A stretch of DNA of 63,403 nt, filler included. It is 8 parts of 8 records of this genome, joined end to end, with 100 filler letters (N's around TTAATTAATTAA, not from the genome) between each part and the next. Parts side by side here need not be neighbours in the genome. Positions count along the whole stretch, not along the records: positions 1 to 22,814 come from SRR20825010_756; 7 more parts are not named here. One strand, given 5' to 3'. Of the stretch, positions 1-10,480 are shown one piece after another. The position numbers and the translations under genes were made by a program. The notes beneath the pieces were generated by a model that did not search any database, was not told where the DNA came from, and worked only from the letters and a program-made list of their open reading frames with translations. Within the stretch, counting starts at the first letter, position 1. Every line of letters begins with the position of its first letter.

Positions 1-399
1 GAACACTATATGAAAATGAAAAAATTATTAATTCGTTTTTTATTACACTGCTAAAGTATCAGGGTTGTGCCGTTGAAAGAAATTAATGTTGGGAAATAGG
101 CCTTTTATGTGGTGAAAGGGGTATATTATGATATTTTGAAAATTTGCTGTCATCAAAAAATAGAGTTCTACGCCTTTAAATGGATATAAATGAATCGCAT
201 ACTGTTTACAAAACATTCCTAAATACAGGGATTGGTTCTCATTCCAAATACTTTAAGTAATAACAACCGTATTCAAGAGCTGCCCAATAATTCTCAATTA
301 CCAAGGTTTTATAATTTCAAGCAAATACTTTTTATTATCTTTAATACTATCTATCCCCCGTTTGGATTTCATCAACACAATTAGATTATTCTAACGCGT

Positions 400-1266
400 A
401 TGAAATATAGGTTGTCATTTTTATTTTTAATATTGTCACTACCATTCCATTCCCAAACTTCCGAAATAAATATTTCGGGAAGGGTGACCGATGTATGGGA
501 CACAGCCATTCCAAATGTTAATGTTTTGCTTAAAGGCACTGAACGTGGAACACAAACAGATGAAAGCGGTTGGTTCTCCTTAAGGGCACAAGCCAATGAG
601 GTTTTGGTGTTCTCTTCCCTTGGCTATGGCACTTATGAACGTGCCGTTCCGGAAACGGAAGAGGAACTTAAAATAGTCCTATCCCCAATGGTAACCGACT
701 TGGATGAAGTGACCTTAACGAAAAGGAAACGAAAAACCCAAAAAGACATATTGGCCGAATTTCCCAATAACACAAATCTTGTCAAGACCTCAAGGGGCGT
801 TTTAAATAAGGACCGTTCTTCATCGTCCTTTCAGGTTATCAGTGGTAGGGATTTGGTGGCTACAGGACCAGATTTTTTAACCTCTCTGATGAATTATAGT
901 CCTAGCATGAGGGTGGTTCGAGTGCCTGAAGTAAAGGTGTATTTGCGTAGAATAGCTTATTCCATTTATGATTCCATCGGAACACCTCCGAAAGCTATTT
1001 TTGATGTGGATGGGTTTATACATGAAACCGCACCTACTTATTTATCCTCACATGATATAGACCGAATCGCTATTCTGGAGCGTAATGCTGCGATTTCCAG
1101 ATATGGACCTACGGGAGTTGGAGGGGTCATTGTAATCAACACCAAAACCACGACCCAAATGGATTACAGTGGAAATGTTAAGAGGTATGATAATTCCGCG
1201 TTACGCGATAGTCTAAATGAACTGTTTATAGATCAAAGTAGGAATGCGCCTATACCACATGATTAA
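400..1266 (+). CDS. CarboxypepD_reg-like domain + TonB plug-like domain protein (no beta-barrel)
   Basis: Signal peptide; ISGRVTD..IPNVNVLLKGTERGTQTDESGWFSL..LVFSSLGY domain; plug C-terminal motif DIDRIAILE..AAISRYG..GVGGVIVINTK. Confidence 0.75.
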   Translation: MKYRLSFLFLILSLPFHSQTSEINISGRVTDVWDTAIPNVNVLLKGTERGTQTDESGWFSLRAQANEVLVFSSLGYGTYERAVPETEEELKIVLSPMVTDLDEVTLTKRKRKTQKDILAEFPNNTNLVKTSRGVLNKDRSSSSFQVISGRDLVATGPDFLTSLMNYSPSMRVVRVPEVKVYLRRIAYSIYDSIGTPPKAIFDVDGFIHETAPTYLSSHDIDRIAILERNAAISRYGPTGVGGVIVINTKTTTQMDYSGNVKRYDNSALRDSLNELFIDQSRNAPIPHD

Positions 1267-1308
1267 ATAAAAATTTTTTGGAAGATTTCCTTATAATTTA
1301 GTAAGTGC

Positions 1309-3099
1309 TTATTTAATCGAAGCTAAATTGTCAATGTTCAATTTTGCTTTTATCCGGTTGTTCCATTTGACCAAGCCCTCGTAGTCACTATCATTGCTCG
1401 TTTCCTTCTCCATTTTTTTCACTTCAGTTAAAGCCGCCTTGTACATTTCATCATAAATTATTTTTGCCTCTTCAAAGGTCGTATTCTCCATAATCCGAGA
1501 GGCGGCCAATTGTCTGTAAACTTCATAGATATCAAAAATAATATTGAAATATACCAGCTTATTTTTTGTGCGCTCATGGCTGAATTGAGAGGAATCGATA
1601 TCCAACAATGTTCGACTCACTATTTTTGTAATCCCATTTTCGCCTATATAACTATCTACCATATAGCAAATATTGATATTATCTTTGTCATTTCGGGAAG
1701 CTTTGGTTTGCAGATGTTGAAACGGGGTATCATAGGCTTTGCCAGTTGACAAATTTAATCCTCGGTTATAACCCATGGTGTCGCTCTCATATTCTTCGGT
1801 AGTTAATCTATGCAAATGTTCCCAATTCAACCTTCTTCCCTGCTGCCATGAAAGCACGGTGGGTCTTGTGTATTTTAGGTCGTCCAAGGGGATATAATTA
1901 TTAAAATTAATCAGGAATCCATTTTTTTTCATGAAATCCATCGATTTATTTTCATTGATACTTTTAGGAAATTGGTAGTTGCTCTCCCAAAAATCATCGG
2001 ATGCCTGCAAGGCGATCATTTTATCATAATCATTGTTAAAATGGATTGTCTTGGTAAAATAGGGGTCTTCATAAAATGTGTCGTAATCAAAGAAATATAG
2101 AAAAGTACGGGAATCAATAATTTCCGAGATATTTTTGGATCTGTAACCCATCTGAAAATGAAGTTCCAGATATTGGATCTTTTCGGGATCTATAGGGTTA
2201 AAAACAATGTTGAACCGAATTTCCCTTGGGGTCAGTTCAACATCTTTATTGATGGAAGCCAAAGCGTTTGTTATGGGATCAACAGCCAAAAGTTCTATTT
2301 TTTTAATTATTAACAGCTGATGGTCTATTAACATGTTTCCATAAAACAATCTACCATTGGCCACTTTGGGGGAAAACGAAATGGATACCTCCCCTTGGCT
2401 GCATTCGACACAATCATCAATTTTTACATCATATATTCTTTGTATGGCATAGTAAGTCAAATTCCCTGGATAATCGGGCAATATTTGTTTGGAGGTCCCG
2501 AAAAGCTGAAAGTCACTCAAAATTTTAGTATTGTCCAAACTATAAAAAGGGAATGCTCTGTTTTGTCCAAATCGACCACTTTTGACCTTTAGATCCAAAA
2601 TTCCGTTTGCCAAACTTTGCTCGCTGTTGTAGAAGCCTTCTACATGTTCGATCGGGATATTCCTTGTAGAGGAAATCATGGTTAGAAAAGCCTTACTGAC
2701 CGTTGTATTTTTGCTATTTCGGTACACTTCTATTATCCTCTCCAATAGCTTATAGGGGTACACCTCGTTTTGGCTGGCGGTCAGCACAACTTCGTCCAAA
2801 ACGGAAACATCCATTTCCAATTGAAGTTTGGATTCCTTCTCAAAATAGGATACCACGGTCTTTATTGTTTTAAACCCTAAGTGCCTTACTTCTATAGAAT
2901 CACTAGAATAAATACTGTCTACTGCGAACTTACCATCCTCGTTAGTTATAGTAGAATGTGCCTGTGAACCGTAAATCCTTATAGTACAATAGGGCAGTGG
3001 AACATCTGACATCCCGTCATAAATAAAGCCTTCTATTTTAGACTGTGCCAAACTAGTGATGCAAAAAAATATTGTCAAAAAGAAGATGATTTGTTTCAT
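1309..3099 (-). CDS. Secreted protein with N-terminal carboxypeptidase-regulatory-like domain
   Basis: Signal peptide; IEGFIYD..PLPYCTI..TITNEDGKF..HLGF..LDEVVL pattern; 596 aa. Confidence 0.75.
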   Translation of the reverse strand: MKQIIFFLTIFFCITSLAQSKIEGFIYDGMSDVPLPYCTIRIYGSQAHSTITNEDGKFAVDSIYSSDSIEVRHLGFKTIKTVVSYFEKESKLQLEMDVSVLDEVVLTASQNEVYPYKLLERIIEVYRNSKNTTVSKAFLTMISSTRNIPIEHVEGFYNSEQSLANGILDLKVKSGRFGQNRAFPFYSLDNTKILSDFQLFGTSKQILPDYPGNLTYYAIQRIYDVKIDDCVECSQGEVSISFSPKVANGRLFYGNMLIDHQLLIIKKIELLAVDPITNALASINKDVELTPREIRFNIVFNPIDPEKIQYLELHFQMGYRSKNISEIIDSRTFLYFFDYDTFYEDPYFTKTIHFNNDYDKMIALQASDDFWESNYQFPKSINENKSMDFMKKNGFLINFNNYIPLDDLKYTRPTVLSWQQGRRLNWEHLHRLTTEEYESDTMGYNRGLNLSTGKAYDTPFQHLQTKASRNDKDNINICYMVDSYIGENGITKIVSRTLLDIDSSQFSHERTKNKLVYFNIIFDIYEVYRQLAASRIMENTTFEEAKIIYDEMYKAALTEVKKMEKETSNDSDYEGLVKWNNRIKAKLNIDNLASIK

Positions 3100-3620
3100 A
3101 CTTTCGATTTCTCCATTACAAGTACTTTCACACTAAGTTAACTGTTTTATTATTAGGAGGTTGATTCGATTAAAAGATTATGGCTACACTTTTATATAAT
3201 TGAATTTACGCCATTTTCTGTTGTTATAGATGTACCCTTAATTTCTTTTTCGAAGTAAATTATTGACAAAGACACTCTATTCTATGAGATAATTTCATGA
3301 AATTGATTTAGATTCTTAATGGTTTCAACAGAATAGCGACCTCTAAAAAGTTCAATTGTTTGATTAAAGGGACTATAATATCATAGTTTTTAAAGCAGTT
3401 ACCTAGGACTCCAATTAATCCCAAATAAAGGGTTAAATTTATACCTCCCAAATTTCAGTTTTAGGAATGTAATGTATACAAGTGTAGCAAGATTCGCTTA
3501 GAAAATATAGGAATAAACGATGCATCGGCCCTATAATAGTACTTAGCACATCATTAAAATGGTTATAGGTTATTTAGTATAATTAGGACCCTTGGGTCCG
3601 CACTTAAATTATTCAGATAA

Positions 3621-4433
3621 ATGGAAGATTTCGAATTATTTGAGCCTAAGAGTTGGTTGGAACTTCAAGCGTATTTGTTTAATGAAAAAGACGAAAAGAT
3701 CGATAGGTTTCGATCTCCGTACGCCTATAGGGGTGTATATAATGCCCAATTTGGATTGGAGACCAGCCTTCAAAGATTGGGAAGAATACCTTCAAAAGTA
3801 GAAGCCACTATGATTAGAAACTTTAGGAAGTACTCGCCTATCAATACCTTGATCGATGATTATAACAACCTCTGGAACTGGATCTCCTTGGGACAGCACC
3901 ACGGACTTCCTACAAGACTAATAGACTGGACCCACTCTCCCAATGTTGCCTTACATTTTTTAACAGAGGATATGGGCACTTATAATTTGGACGGAGCCAT
4001 CTGGATGGTAAATTATGTAGCACTAAGAGAGCATCTTCCGGAAGAGCTCAAAACACCTATATTAAGCAAAGATATTTTCTATTTTAGCTCCATGGAGCTA
4101 AAACAAACAATAGGTAATACCATAGAAGAACTATATGATTTTTCGAGTCGGAACGCCAATACAATGATATTTTTCGAGCCACCCTCCCTTGATGATCGTA
4201 TAATTAACCAATTTGCTCTATTTTCATTTATGCTGGATCCGGATTCCAGTCCATTGGACTGGCTTAAAAACCATCCCAAGTATTTAAAGAAAGTAATTAT
4301 TCCATCAGAATTAAAGTGGGAAATAAGGGATAAGCTGGATCAGGCAAACATTACGGAAAGAATCATATATCCAGGCTTGGAAGGAATTTCCAAATGGCTA
4401 AAAAGATGGTATAGTGATAAAAACAAAATCTAA
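3621..4433 (+). CDS. FRG domain protein
   Basis: AYRG motif, L.TSLQR, QHHGLPTRLIDWT.SPNVALHF, RIINQFALF, LDQANITERIIYPGLEG. Confidence 0.9.
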   Translation: MEDFELFEPKSWLELQAYLFNEKDEKIDRFRSPYAYRGVYNAQFGLETSLQRLGRIPSKVEATMIRNFRKYSPINTLIDDYNNLWNWISLGQHHGLPTRLIDWTHSPNVALHFLTEDMGTYNLDGAIWMVNYVALREHLPEELKTPILSKDIFYFSSMELKQTIGNTIEELYDFSSRNANTMIFFEPPSLDDRIINQFALFSFMLDPDSSPLDWLKNHPKYLKKVIIPSELKWEIRDKLDQANITERIIYPGLEGISKWLKRWYSDKNKI

Positions 4434-4498
4434 TAGTTTTCTAATTACTTAATACCAAACTCTCTATTTTTGTTGGTTTTTTAATCTAAATAATTGGT

Positions 4499-4960
4499 GT
4501 GAATAATATTTTGGGTACATTGGGCGCTAAGGGTAGGCAGATTATACTATGGTTGGTATTGCCGGGTATCCTATTGTCCTTGGCGAGTTGCAAGGAGAAA
4601 GTTGTGGATGATGGTTACGTTTGGAAGCCACTTAGGGTAACGGCCACCGCCTACAATTCCTTTCCCTCACAAACCTCTAAAATTCATCCGGGAATTACCG
4701 CCTGGGGCGATTCGCTTTTTCCCGGGATGAAAGTAATTGCTGTTTCCAAAGACTTGATTCCATTGGGATTGGATTACAATACACAAGTAAGGATAAAAGG
4801 GGACACCAGTATTTATTTTGTGAAGGATAAAATGCATTCCAAATGGAAAAATAGGATCGACATCTATATGGGGGAGGATAAGGAGAAAGCTTTAAAATGG
4901 GGGCGAAAAAAAATAACCATCCATTACAGGGTAAAAAGGGATTCCACGGAAATAAAATGA
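4499..4960 (+). CDS. 3D-domain (MltA-like) lipoprotein, putative lytic transglycosylase
   Basis: Lipobox LASC; VTATAY..TAWG..VIAVSKDL..VKD..RIDIYM. Confidence 0.8.
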   Translation: MNNILGTLGAKGRQIILWLVLPGILLSLASCKEKVVDDGYVWKPLRVTATAYNSFPSQTSKIHPGITAWGDSLFPGMKVIAVSKDLIPLGLDYNTQVRIKGDTSIYFVKDKMHSKWKNRIDIYMGEDKEKALKWGRKKITIHYRVKRDSTEIK

Positions 4961-5001
4961 TATTGTATCTTTATTGCCCAAGTTTATATACTAAAAATAG
5001 A

Positions 5002-5661
5002 ATGAAGAAGAGCTTACTTTTATGCACCCTTTTTATTGCGATCTCATGTTCCGTAAACCGTAAAATAGTAGACAAACCAATTATTTTTGACGAAGAGCGA
5101 AAAGAACTCACTTTGGAATATATGTCCGACCACTACGGCCTTATCCAAGACGAACCGGTTATTGCTCCCAAGATGGTAGTATTGCACTGGACGGTAATCC
5201 CAACTCTGGAGAAATCGTACCAAGCCTTTGAGTTGCCTACCCTGCCCGATTGGAGACCGGAGATAAGCTCTGCCAGTGGTTTAAATGTATCCTCCCAATT
5301 CCTTATAGATCAAGATGGTACAATTTATAGATTAATGCCCGAAACTACTATGGCAAGACACGTAATAGGTCTAAACCATTGTGCTATCGGGATTGAAAAT
5401 GTTGGGGGAACCGGGGATACCAAACTCACAAGGGCACAATTAAGATCCAACAAATGGCTGGTCAAATATTTAAAATCCAAATACGATATAGATTACGTTA
5501 TTGGTCACTATGAATATACGCTTTTTGAAGACCACGAACTGTGGTTGGAAAAAGATGAGGGCTATAGGACCGTAAAGACCGACCCCGGTGAGAAATTTTT
5601 AAAAAGAGTAAAACGAGCTACCAAAAAACTTAATTTTAAACCTACACCAATTGCAAAATAA
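5002..5661 (+). CDS. N-acetylmuramoyl-L-alanine amidase (Amidase_2) lipoprotein
   Basis: Start reassigned to MKKSLLL..AISC; VVLHWT, SSQFLIDQDG, ARHVIGLN..IGIEN, VIGHYE, KTDPG. Confidence 0.85.
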   Translation: MKKSLLLCTLFIAISCSVNRKIVDKPIIFDEERKELTLEYMSDHYGLIQDEPVIAPKMVVLHWTVIPTLEKSYQAFELPTLPDWRPEISSASGLNVSSQFLIDQDGTIYRLMPETTMARHVIGLNHCAIGIENVGGTGDTKLTRAQLRSNKWLVKYLKSKYDIDYVIGHYEYTLFEDHELWLEKDEGYRTVKTDPGEKFLKRVKRATKKLNFKPTPIAK

Positions 5662-5665
5662 TACT

Positions 5666-7135
5666 ATGACATCAAAAAATTTCGCCCTTATCCTTTGTTT
5701 ACTAATGGTATTTTCCGGCTTTGGGCAGGAAAAGGATTTTACATCCAAGCTATACTCAACTTATGAAAAATACAAAGAACCTTCTTTGGATAAAAGAAGG
5801 ATAAAACATAATGATATTCAACCACTTATCAATAAATTATCTACCAACCCCAAATTTAATGTAACGGTTGTTGGCAAATCCATCGAAGGGCGCAACCTTT
5901 CCCTTATAAGTATTGGAACAGGTGCTACAGATGTTTTTCTATGGTCGCAAATGCATGGGGACGAACCTACGGCCACCCAGGCTGTATTTGATATTTTCAA
6001 TTTTTTAAGCAGTGGCGATTTCAAAACCGAAAAGGAAAACATTTTAAAAAATTTAAAATTGCACTTTCTACCTATGCTCAATCCGGATGGGGCAGAAGTA
6101 TATCAAAGAAGAAATACCTTGGGAATAGATATCAATAGGGATGCGCTTGCATTGCAGTCGCCCGAGGGAAGGACCTTAAAAAGGGTAAGGGATAGTTTGG
6201 ATGCGGATTTTGGTTTTAATCTTCACGACCAAAGCACTTATTACAATGCGGAAAGAACTGACAAACCTGCTACCATCTCCTATTTGGCACCTGCCTTTAA
6301 TTATGAAAAAGATATTAATGAGGTGCGTGCCAACGCAATGAAGGTTATTGTTTATATGAATAAAATAATTCAGAAATATGCCCCGGGACAAGTAGGTCGC
6401 TATAATGACGATTTTGAACCAAGGGCCTTTGGCGACAATATTCAAAAGTGGGGCACAAGTGCCATCTTAATAGAATCTGGCGGTTACAAAAGCGATCCTG
6501 AAAAACAGGAGATCAGAAAACTGAACTATGTTTCCATTCTATCGGCCATATATAGTATAGCCAATGGGAATTATAAGGACATTCCCATTTCCGACTACGA
6601 AAAAATTCCCGAAAATGATAGAAAACTATTCGATCTAAAACTGAATAACCTCACCTATAATTTACTGGGTAAAAATTATACTTTGGATGTGGGCATTCAC
6701 CAATTGGAAATTGATAACGCATCACATAAAACCTATTATAACAGCAGCAGGGTAGTAGACCAGGGCGATCTATCCACCTATTATGGTTACGAAACTTTGG
6801 AAGGAAAAGGCTACTCTATGGTAGGAGGAAAGGTATACCCAAAAACCCTAGCTTCCATAAAAGAGGTATCACAATTAAAGGCATTGGATCTTTTGCGATC
6901 GGGATTCGCCTATGTGCGGGTGGAGAACATTCCAAAGGGCGAAAATTATGTATCCTTTCCCCTCAACATTATAGGAAAGGACTACAAGGTGCCACAATTT
7001 AAAATGCGGGTAGGCATTATTCCCAATTTTATATTGGAAGAAAAGGGTCAACCCCGCTATGCGGTAGTCAATGGATTTTTGATCGACCTAAAATCTGGGG
7101 AAGGGAATTTTAAAAATGCATTGATCTTACGATAG
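5666..7135 (+). CDS. M14 family zinc carboxypeptidase
   Basis: GKSIEGR, SQMHGDEP, PMLNPDG, RRN..GIDINRD, FNLHDQ motifs; signal peptide. Confidence 0.85.
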   Translation: MTSKNFALILCLLMVFSGFGQEKDFTSKLYSTYEKYKEPSLDKRRIKHNDIQPLINKLSTNPKFNVTVVGKSIEGRNLSLISIGTGATDVFLWSQMHGDEPTATQAVFDIFNFLSSGDFKTEKENILKNLKLHFLPMLNPDGAEVYQRRNTLGIDINRDALALQSPEGRTLKRVRDSLDADFGFNLHDQSTYYNAERTDKPATISYLAPAFNYEKDINEVRANAMKVIVYMNKIIQKYAPGQVGRYNDDFEPRAFGDNIQKWGTSAILIESGGYKSDPEKQEIRKLNYVSILSAIYSIANGNYKDIPISDYEKIPENDRKLFDLKLNNLTYNLLGKNYTLDVGIHQLEIDNASHKTYYNSSRVVDQGDLSTYYGYETLEGKGYSMVGGKVYPKTLASIKEVSQLKALDLLRSGFAYVRVENIPKGENYVSFPLNIIGKDYKVPQFKMRVGIIPNFILEEKGQPRYAVVNGFLIDLKSGEGNFKNALILR

Positions 7136-7137
7136 TT

Positions 7138-7305
7138 CTAATATCCATAAGAAATCCTCATACTATCCCCGTAGGCAAGTAGCCAGTAAAGCATTGTAAA
7201 AAGAATACTTACAATACAGGTAAAAATAGTTATGGCCAGGCCCTTAAACCCATTGGATAGCTCACTGATGGCGCTATATTTAAAGATGTCGTTGATTACA
7301 ACCAT
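7138..7305 (-). CDS. Small single-pass membrane protein, 55 aa (below ORF track cutoff)
   Basis: Hand translation MVVINDIFKYSAISELSNGFKGLAITIFTCIVSILFTMLYWLLAYGDSMRISYGY*; A-rich leader before ATG; stop lies 2 bp from the M14 stop. Confidence 0.6.
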   Translation of the reverse strand: MVVINDIFKYSAISELSNGFKGLAITIFTCIVSILFTMLYWLLAYGDSMRISYGY

Positions 7306-7655
7306 GATATTCTTTTTTAAGTGTTACAAAATTTAGTTTTTAGCATTCATTATGAACATAGGTTGATAAGGGTTGTTATTATTAGAACAACTATCTAGCC
7401 AAAAACCCTACCTTACTTTTTATTTTTTTCGATATAGCTTGTTTGGAGCTCTTTATAATCACCTTTTATCAAGGAGCTATATTTGGAACAGTTTATATCT
7501 TGGTTAACTTATCCCTATGTAACAATTTCTGCAGAAGAAATTATTTAGTTTTGTTTAAATTGGTCCAGTCCATTTTATTTCTCCGGTAATTTAATGGGCA
7601 ATAAAGTTTTTTGCACCTCAAAATTTAGTATCAATCGTCATATAAATAAATTTCA

Positions 7656-9470
7656 ATGTTTAAATCCAATCGCTTTTTTTTATTGCTGTTTTTACTGTCC
7701 CTTCAAATTGTATTGGGACAGAAAACAAATTCGTTTAAAATACATTCCCATAACGATTATCTGCAAACTGCACCGTTTTGGGATGCCTATGCAAATGGAG
7801 CAAACTCCATTGAAGTAGATGTGTTTCTAAAAAACGATACCTTGTATGCCACCCATGACGAGGAGGATATTATTACAAGCCACACTATAGAAAGCTTGTA
7901 TTTGGAACCAATGAAAAAGGTGATGGAACTGCAACTGGGCAAACAACAGGAGTTACAGCTATTAATAGATATAAAATCGGAAACCTATTCAACCCTAGAG
8001 AAGATAGTAGCTGTTTTGGAAAAGTATCCCAACATAATCAACAATCCCAAAATTACCATAGTCATATCCGGAAATAGACCTAAACCGGAAGAGTATATGA
8101 AATATCCGTCCTTTATTAAGTTCGATTATCAGACTTTGGAGGATATTCCCAACATGGAGGCATGGGACAGGGTAGCGTTGATAAGCCTGCCATTTCATAA
8201 GTTTTCCAAATGGAACGGAAAAGGCAGATTAACAGCCGAGGATTTGCAAAAGGTAAAATCCACCGTTGACAAAGCGCATACTTACAATAGGCCCTTCCGT
8301 TTTTGGGCAACTCCAGACTCCAAGACCGCATGGAAAGCCATGCATGATTTGGGAGTGGACTATATAAATACGGATATGCCGGACAGGGCATCTGCATATT
8401 TGGAAACATTGGGAAGCAGGGTATACCACAACAAGGCTAAGTCCGATGTATACAAGCCCACCTACAAATCCGACCAAACAGAAAAGTCTGTTAAAAATGT
8501 AATATTACTTATAGGCGATGGCAATGGGCTTACCCAAATCTCTTCATCGGTTTTGGCCAATGGAGGCAGCCTTACCCTAACGCAATTGAAAAGTATAGGG
8601 TTTATAAAAACCCAATCCTCGGACGATTTTACCACAGATTCAGCTGCTGCAGGCACTGCCTTGGCCACTGGTACAAAAACCTATAACAGGTCTATTGGTA
8701 TGGCCCCCAACGGGCAACCCCTAGTAAATATGACCGAATTGCTGGATAAATATCAATTTGTAACGGGATGTATCACCACTGATAAAATTGTGGGGGCTAC
8801 CCCTAGTTCATTTTATGCCCACCAGAAAGACCGGGACGATACCGATGGTATTACCAAAGATTTATTAAAGAGTAAGCTCTCACTTTTTGTTGGGGGAGGG
8901 GAATCCAGTTTTAATACTGAGGAATTACAGAGGAACAATTTTACAATTTTGAAAGATGTTGAGGAACTGTCAGCAAGCAAAAAAGATAAAATAGGATTGT
9001 TCATCTCGGAAAATGACGTTCCAAGCTTTTTGGAAGGCAGAGGGAATATACTTGCAGAAGCTACTAAAAATGGGCTTCAGTTCCTAAATGCCAAGAAAAA
9101 GCCATTCTTTTTAATGGTGGAAGCGGCACAAATAGATTCATACGGACATAAGAACGAAGTGGCAGGTATAGTTACTGAGGGGATAGATTTTGACGTGGCC
9201 ATAGCGGAGGCAATAAAATTTGCCGATAAAACAGGAAACACTTTGGTGGTAATAACGGCAGATCATGAAACATCCGGATTTACCATGCCACAAGGGAATA
9301 TGGAAAAGAGTATGGTGGAGGGCGATTTCACTACGGATGATCATACTGCTACCATGGTTCCTATATTTGCTTACGGGCCCCATTCACAGGAGTTCCAAGG
9401 TGTTTATGAGAACAATGCGGTTTTCCACAAGATTCTAAAGGTGCTGAATATTAAGGAATCCGGAAAATAA
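7656..9470 (+). CDS. GDPD/PI-PLC-like phosphodiesterase fused to PhoA-type alkaline phosphatase
   Basis: N-domain IHSHNDY..SIEVDV..LLIDIK; C-domain NVILLIGDG, TTDSAAAGTA (catalytic Ser), QIDSYGH, TADHETSG. Confidence 0.85.
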   Translation: MFKSNRFFLLLFLLSLQIVLGQKTNSFKIHSHNDYLQTAPFWDAYANGANSIEVDVFLKNDTLYATHDEEDIITSHTIESLYLEPMKKVMELQLGKQQELQLLIDIKSETYSTLEKIVAVLEKYPNIINNPKITIVISGNRPKPEEYMKYPSFIKFDYQTLEDIPNMEAWDRVALISLPFHKFSKWNGKGRLTAEDLQKVKSTVDKAHTYNRPFRFWATPDSKTAWKAMHDLGVDYINTDMPDRASAYLETLGSRVYHNKAKSDVYKPTYKSDQTEKSVKNVILLIGDGNGLTQISSSVLANGGSLTLTQLKSIGFIKTQSSDDFTTDSAAAGTALATGTKTYNRSIGMAPNGQPLVNMTELLDKYQFVTGCITTDKIVGATPSSFYAHQKDRDDTDGITKDLLKSKLSLFVGGGESSFNTEELQRNNFTILKDVEELSASKKDKIGLFISENDVPSFLEGRGNILAEATKNGLQFLNAKKKPFFLMVEAAQIDSYGHKNEVAGIVTEGIDFDVAIAEAIKFADKTGNTLVVITADHETSGFTMPQGNMEKSMVEGDFTTDDHTATMVPIFAYGPHSQEFQGVYENNAVFHKILKVLNIKESGK

Positions 9471-9497
9471 AATAAGCTATCCTGAAATGCCCATAAT

Positions 9498-9528
9498 AAA
9501 AAAACCCGATGCATACATCGGGTTTTTT
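9498..9528. terminator. Bidirectional intrinsic terminator
   Basis: AAAAAAACCCGATG-CATA-CATCGGGTTTTTT between convergent genes. Confidence 0.85.
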
Positions 9529-9561
9529 AGCTAAAACAAAAATTATAGTAATGGTAGTGTT

Positions 9562-10389
9562 CTATAATGACTCAGCATCCAAAAGAGCAAAAAACTTATC
9601 CAAATTTGGAATAATTACGATTCTAGTACGTCTGTTTATGGCCATATTCTCCTTGCTATCGTTTTCAACCAAAGGCAAGTAGCTACTTCTACCCGCAGCG
9701 ATCAAATTAGCAGGGTCAACATTGTACTTATTCTGTAAAAGTCGAACTATGGATGTCGCTCTTTTAACACTTAGATCCCAGTTGTCCTGAAACATTTCGG
9801 TACTGATAGTTCTGGAATCGGTATGCCCTTCCACCATAACTTCCATACTAGGCTCGGAGTTGATAACTTCGGCCAATTTGGCCAATATAGTGTTGGCTTT
9901 GTTACTTACCCTGTAACTCCCTGAATTAAACAATAATTTATCCGAAATATTGATCATCACAACAGTTTTGTTGATATCAACAATAACATCATCCTCCTCA
10001 TCTGAAATGGATTTCTTCAAATTGTAAGAAATAGCAAGATTCATGGAATCTTCCAAGGTTTGGGCCTTTGCCAATTCACTAGGATCAATTTTTGCCAAGG
10101 TAGCCCTCATTTTATCCTTGGTATTGTTACTCATTACGGCAACATCCCCAATAGAAGCATATTGGGAATCATTTATTTCCTGTAAGGAATTTATTTTTTC
10201 GTTGTATTCTGCAACTCTTGCCTCAATTTTAGAGACTTTGGATTCCAATTCCTCTTTCTCCACTTGGGTTTTTGTCAACATACTTTTAGTATTGGACAAA
10301 TCCCCTTCAAGGGCTACATATTTTTTCTTAGATACACAGGAAGCTAAAACTACCATTCCCATCAAACCAACTAACGTTACTTTTTTCAT
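9562..10389 (-). CDS. OmpA/MotB family peptidoglycan-binding lipoprotein
   Basis: Lipobox LASC, coiled coil, LLFNSGS, VEGHTD, NWDLSVKRA, NRRTRI. Confidence 0.88.
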   Translation of the reverse strand: MKKVTLVGLMGMVVLASCVSKKKYVALEGDLSNTKSMLTKTQVEKEELESKVSKIEARVAEYNEKINSLQEINDSQYASIGDVAVMSNNTKDKMRATLAKIDPSELAKAQTLEDSMNLAISYNLKKSISDEEDDVIVDINKTVVMINISDKLLFNSGSYRVSNKANTILAKLAEVINSEPSMEVMVEGHTDSRTISTEMFQDNWDLSVKRATSIVRLLQNKYNVDPANLIAAGRSSYLPLVENDSKENMAINRRTRIVIIPNLDKFFALLDAESL

Positions 10390-10480
10390 TTCTTTATTGT
10401 TAAAAATTTACAAATAGTTTTCTGTAGGGTTATACGGTCAAATTGCAGAAAAAGACGTTTCACCCTGAATAAATTTTAAC

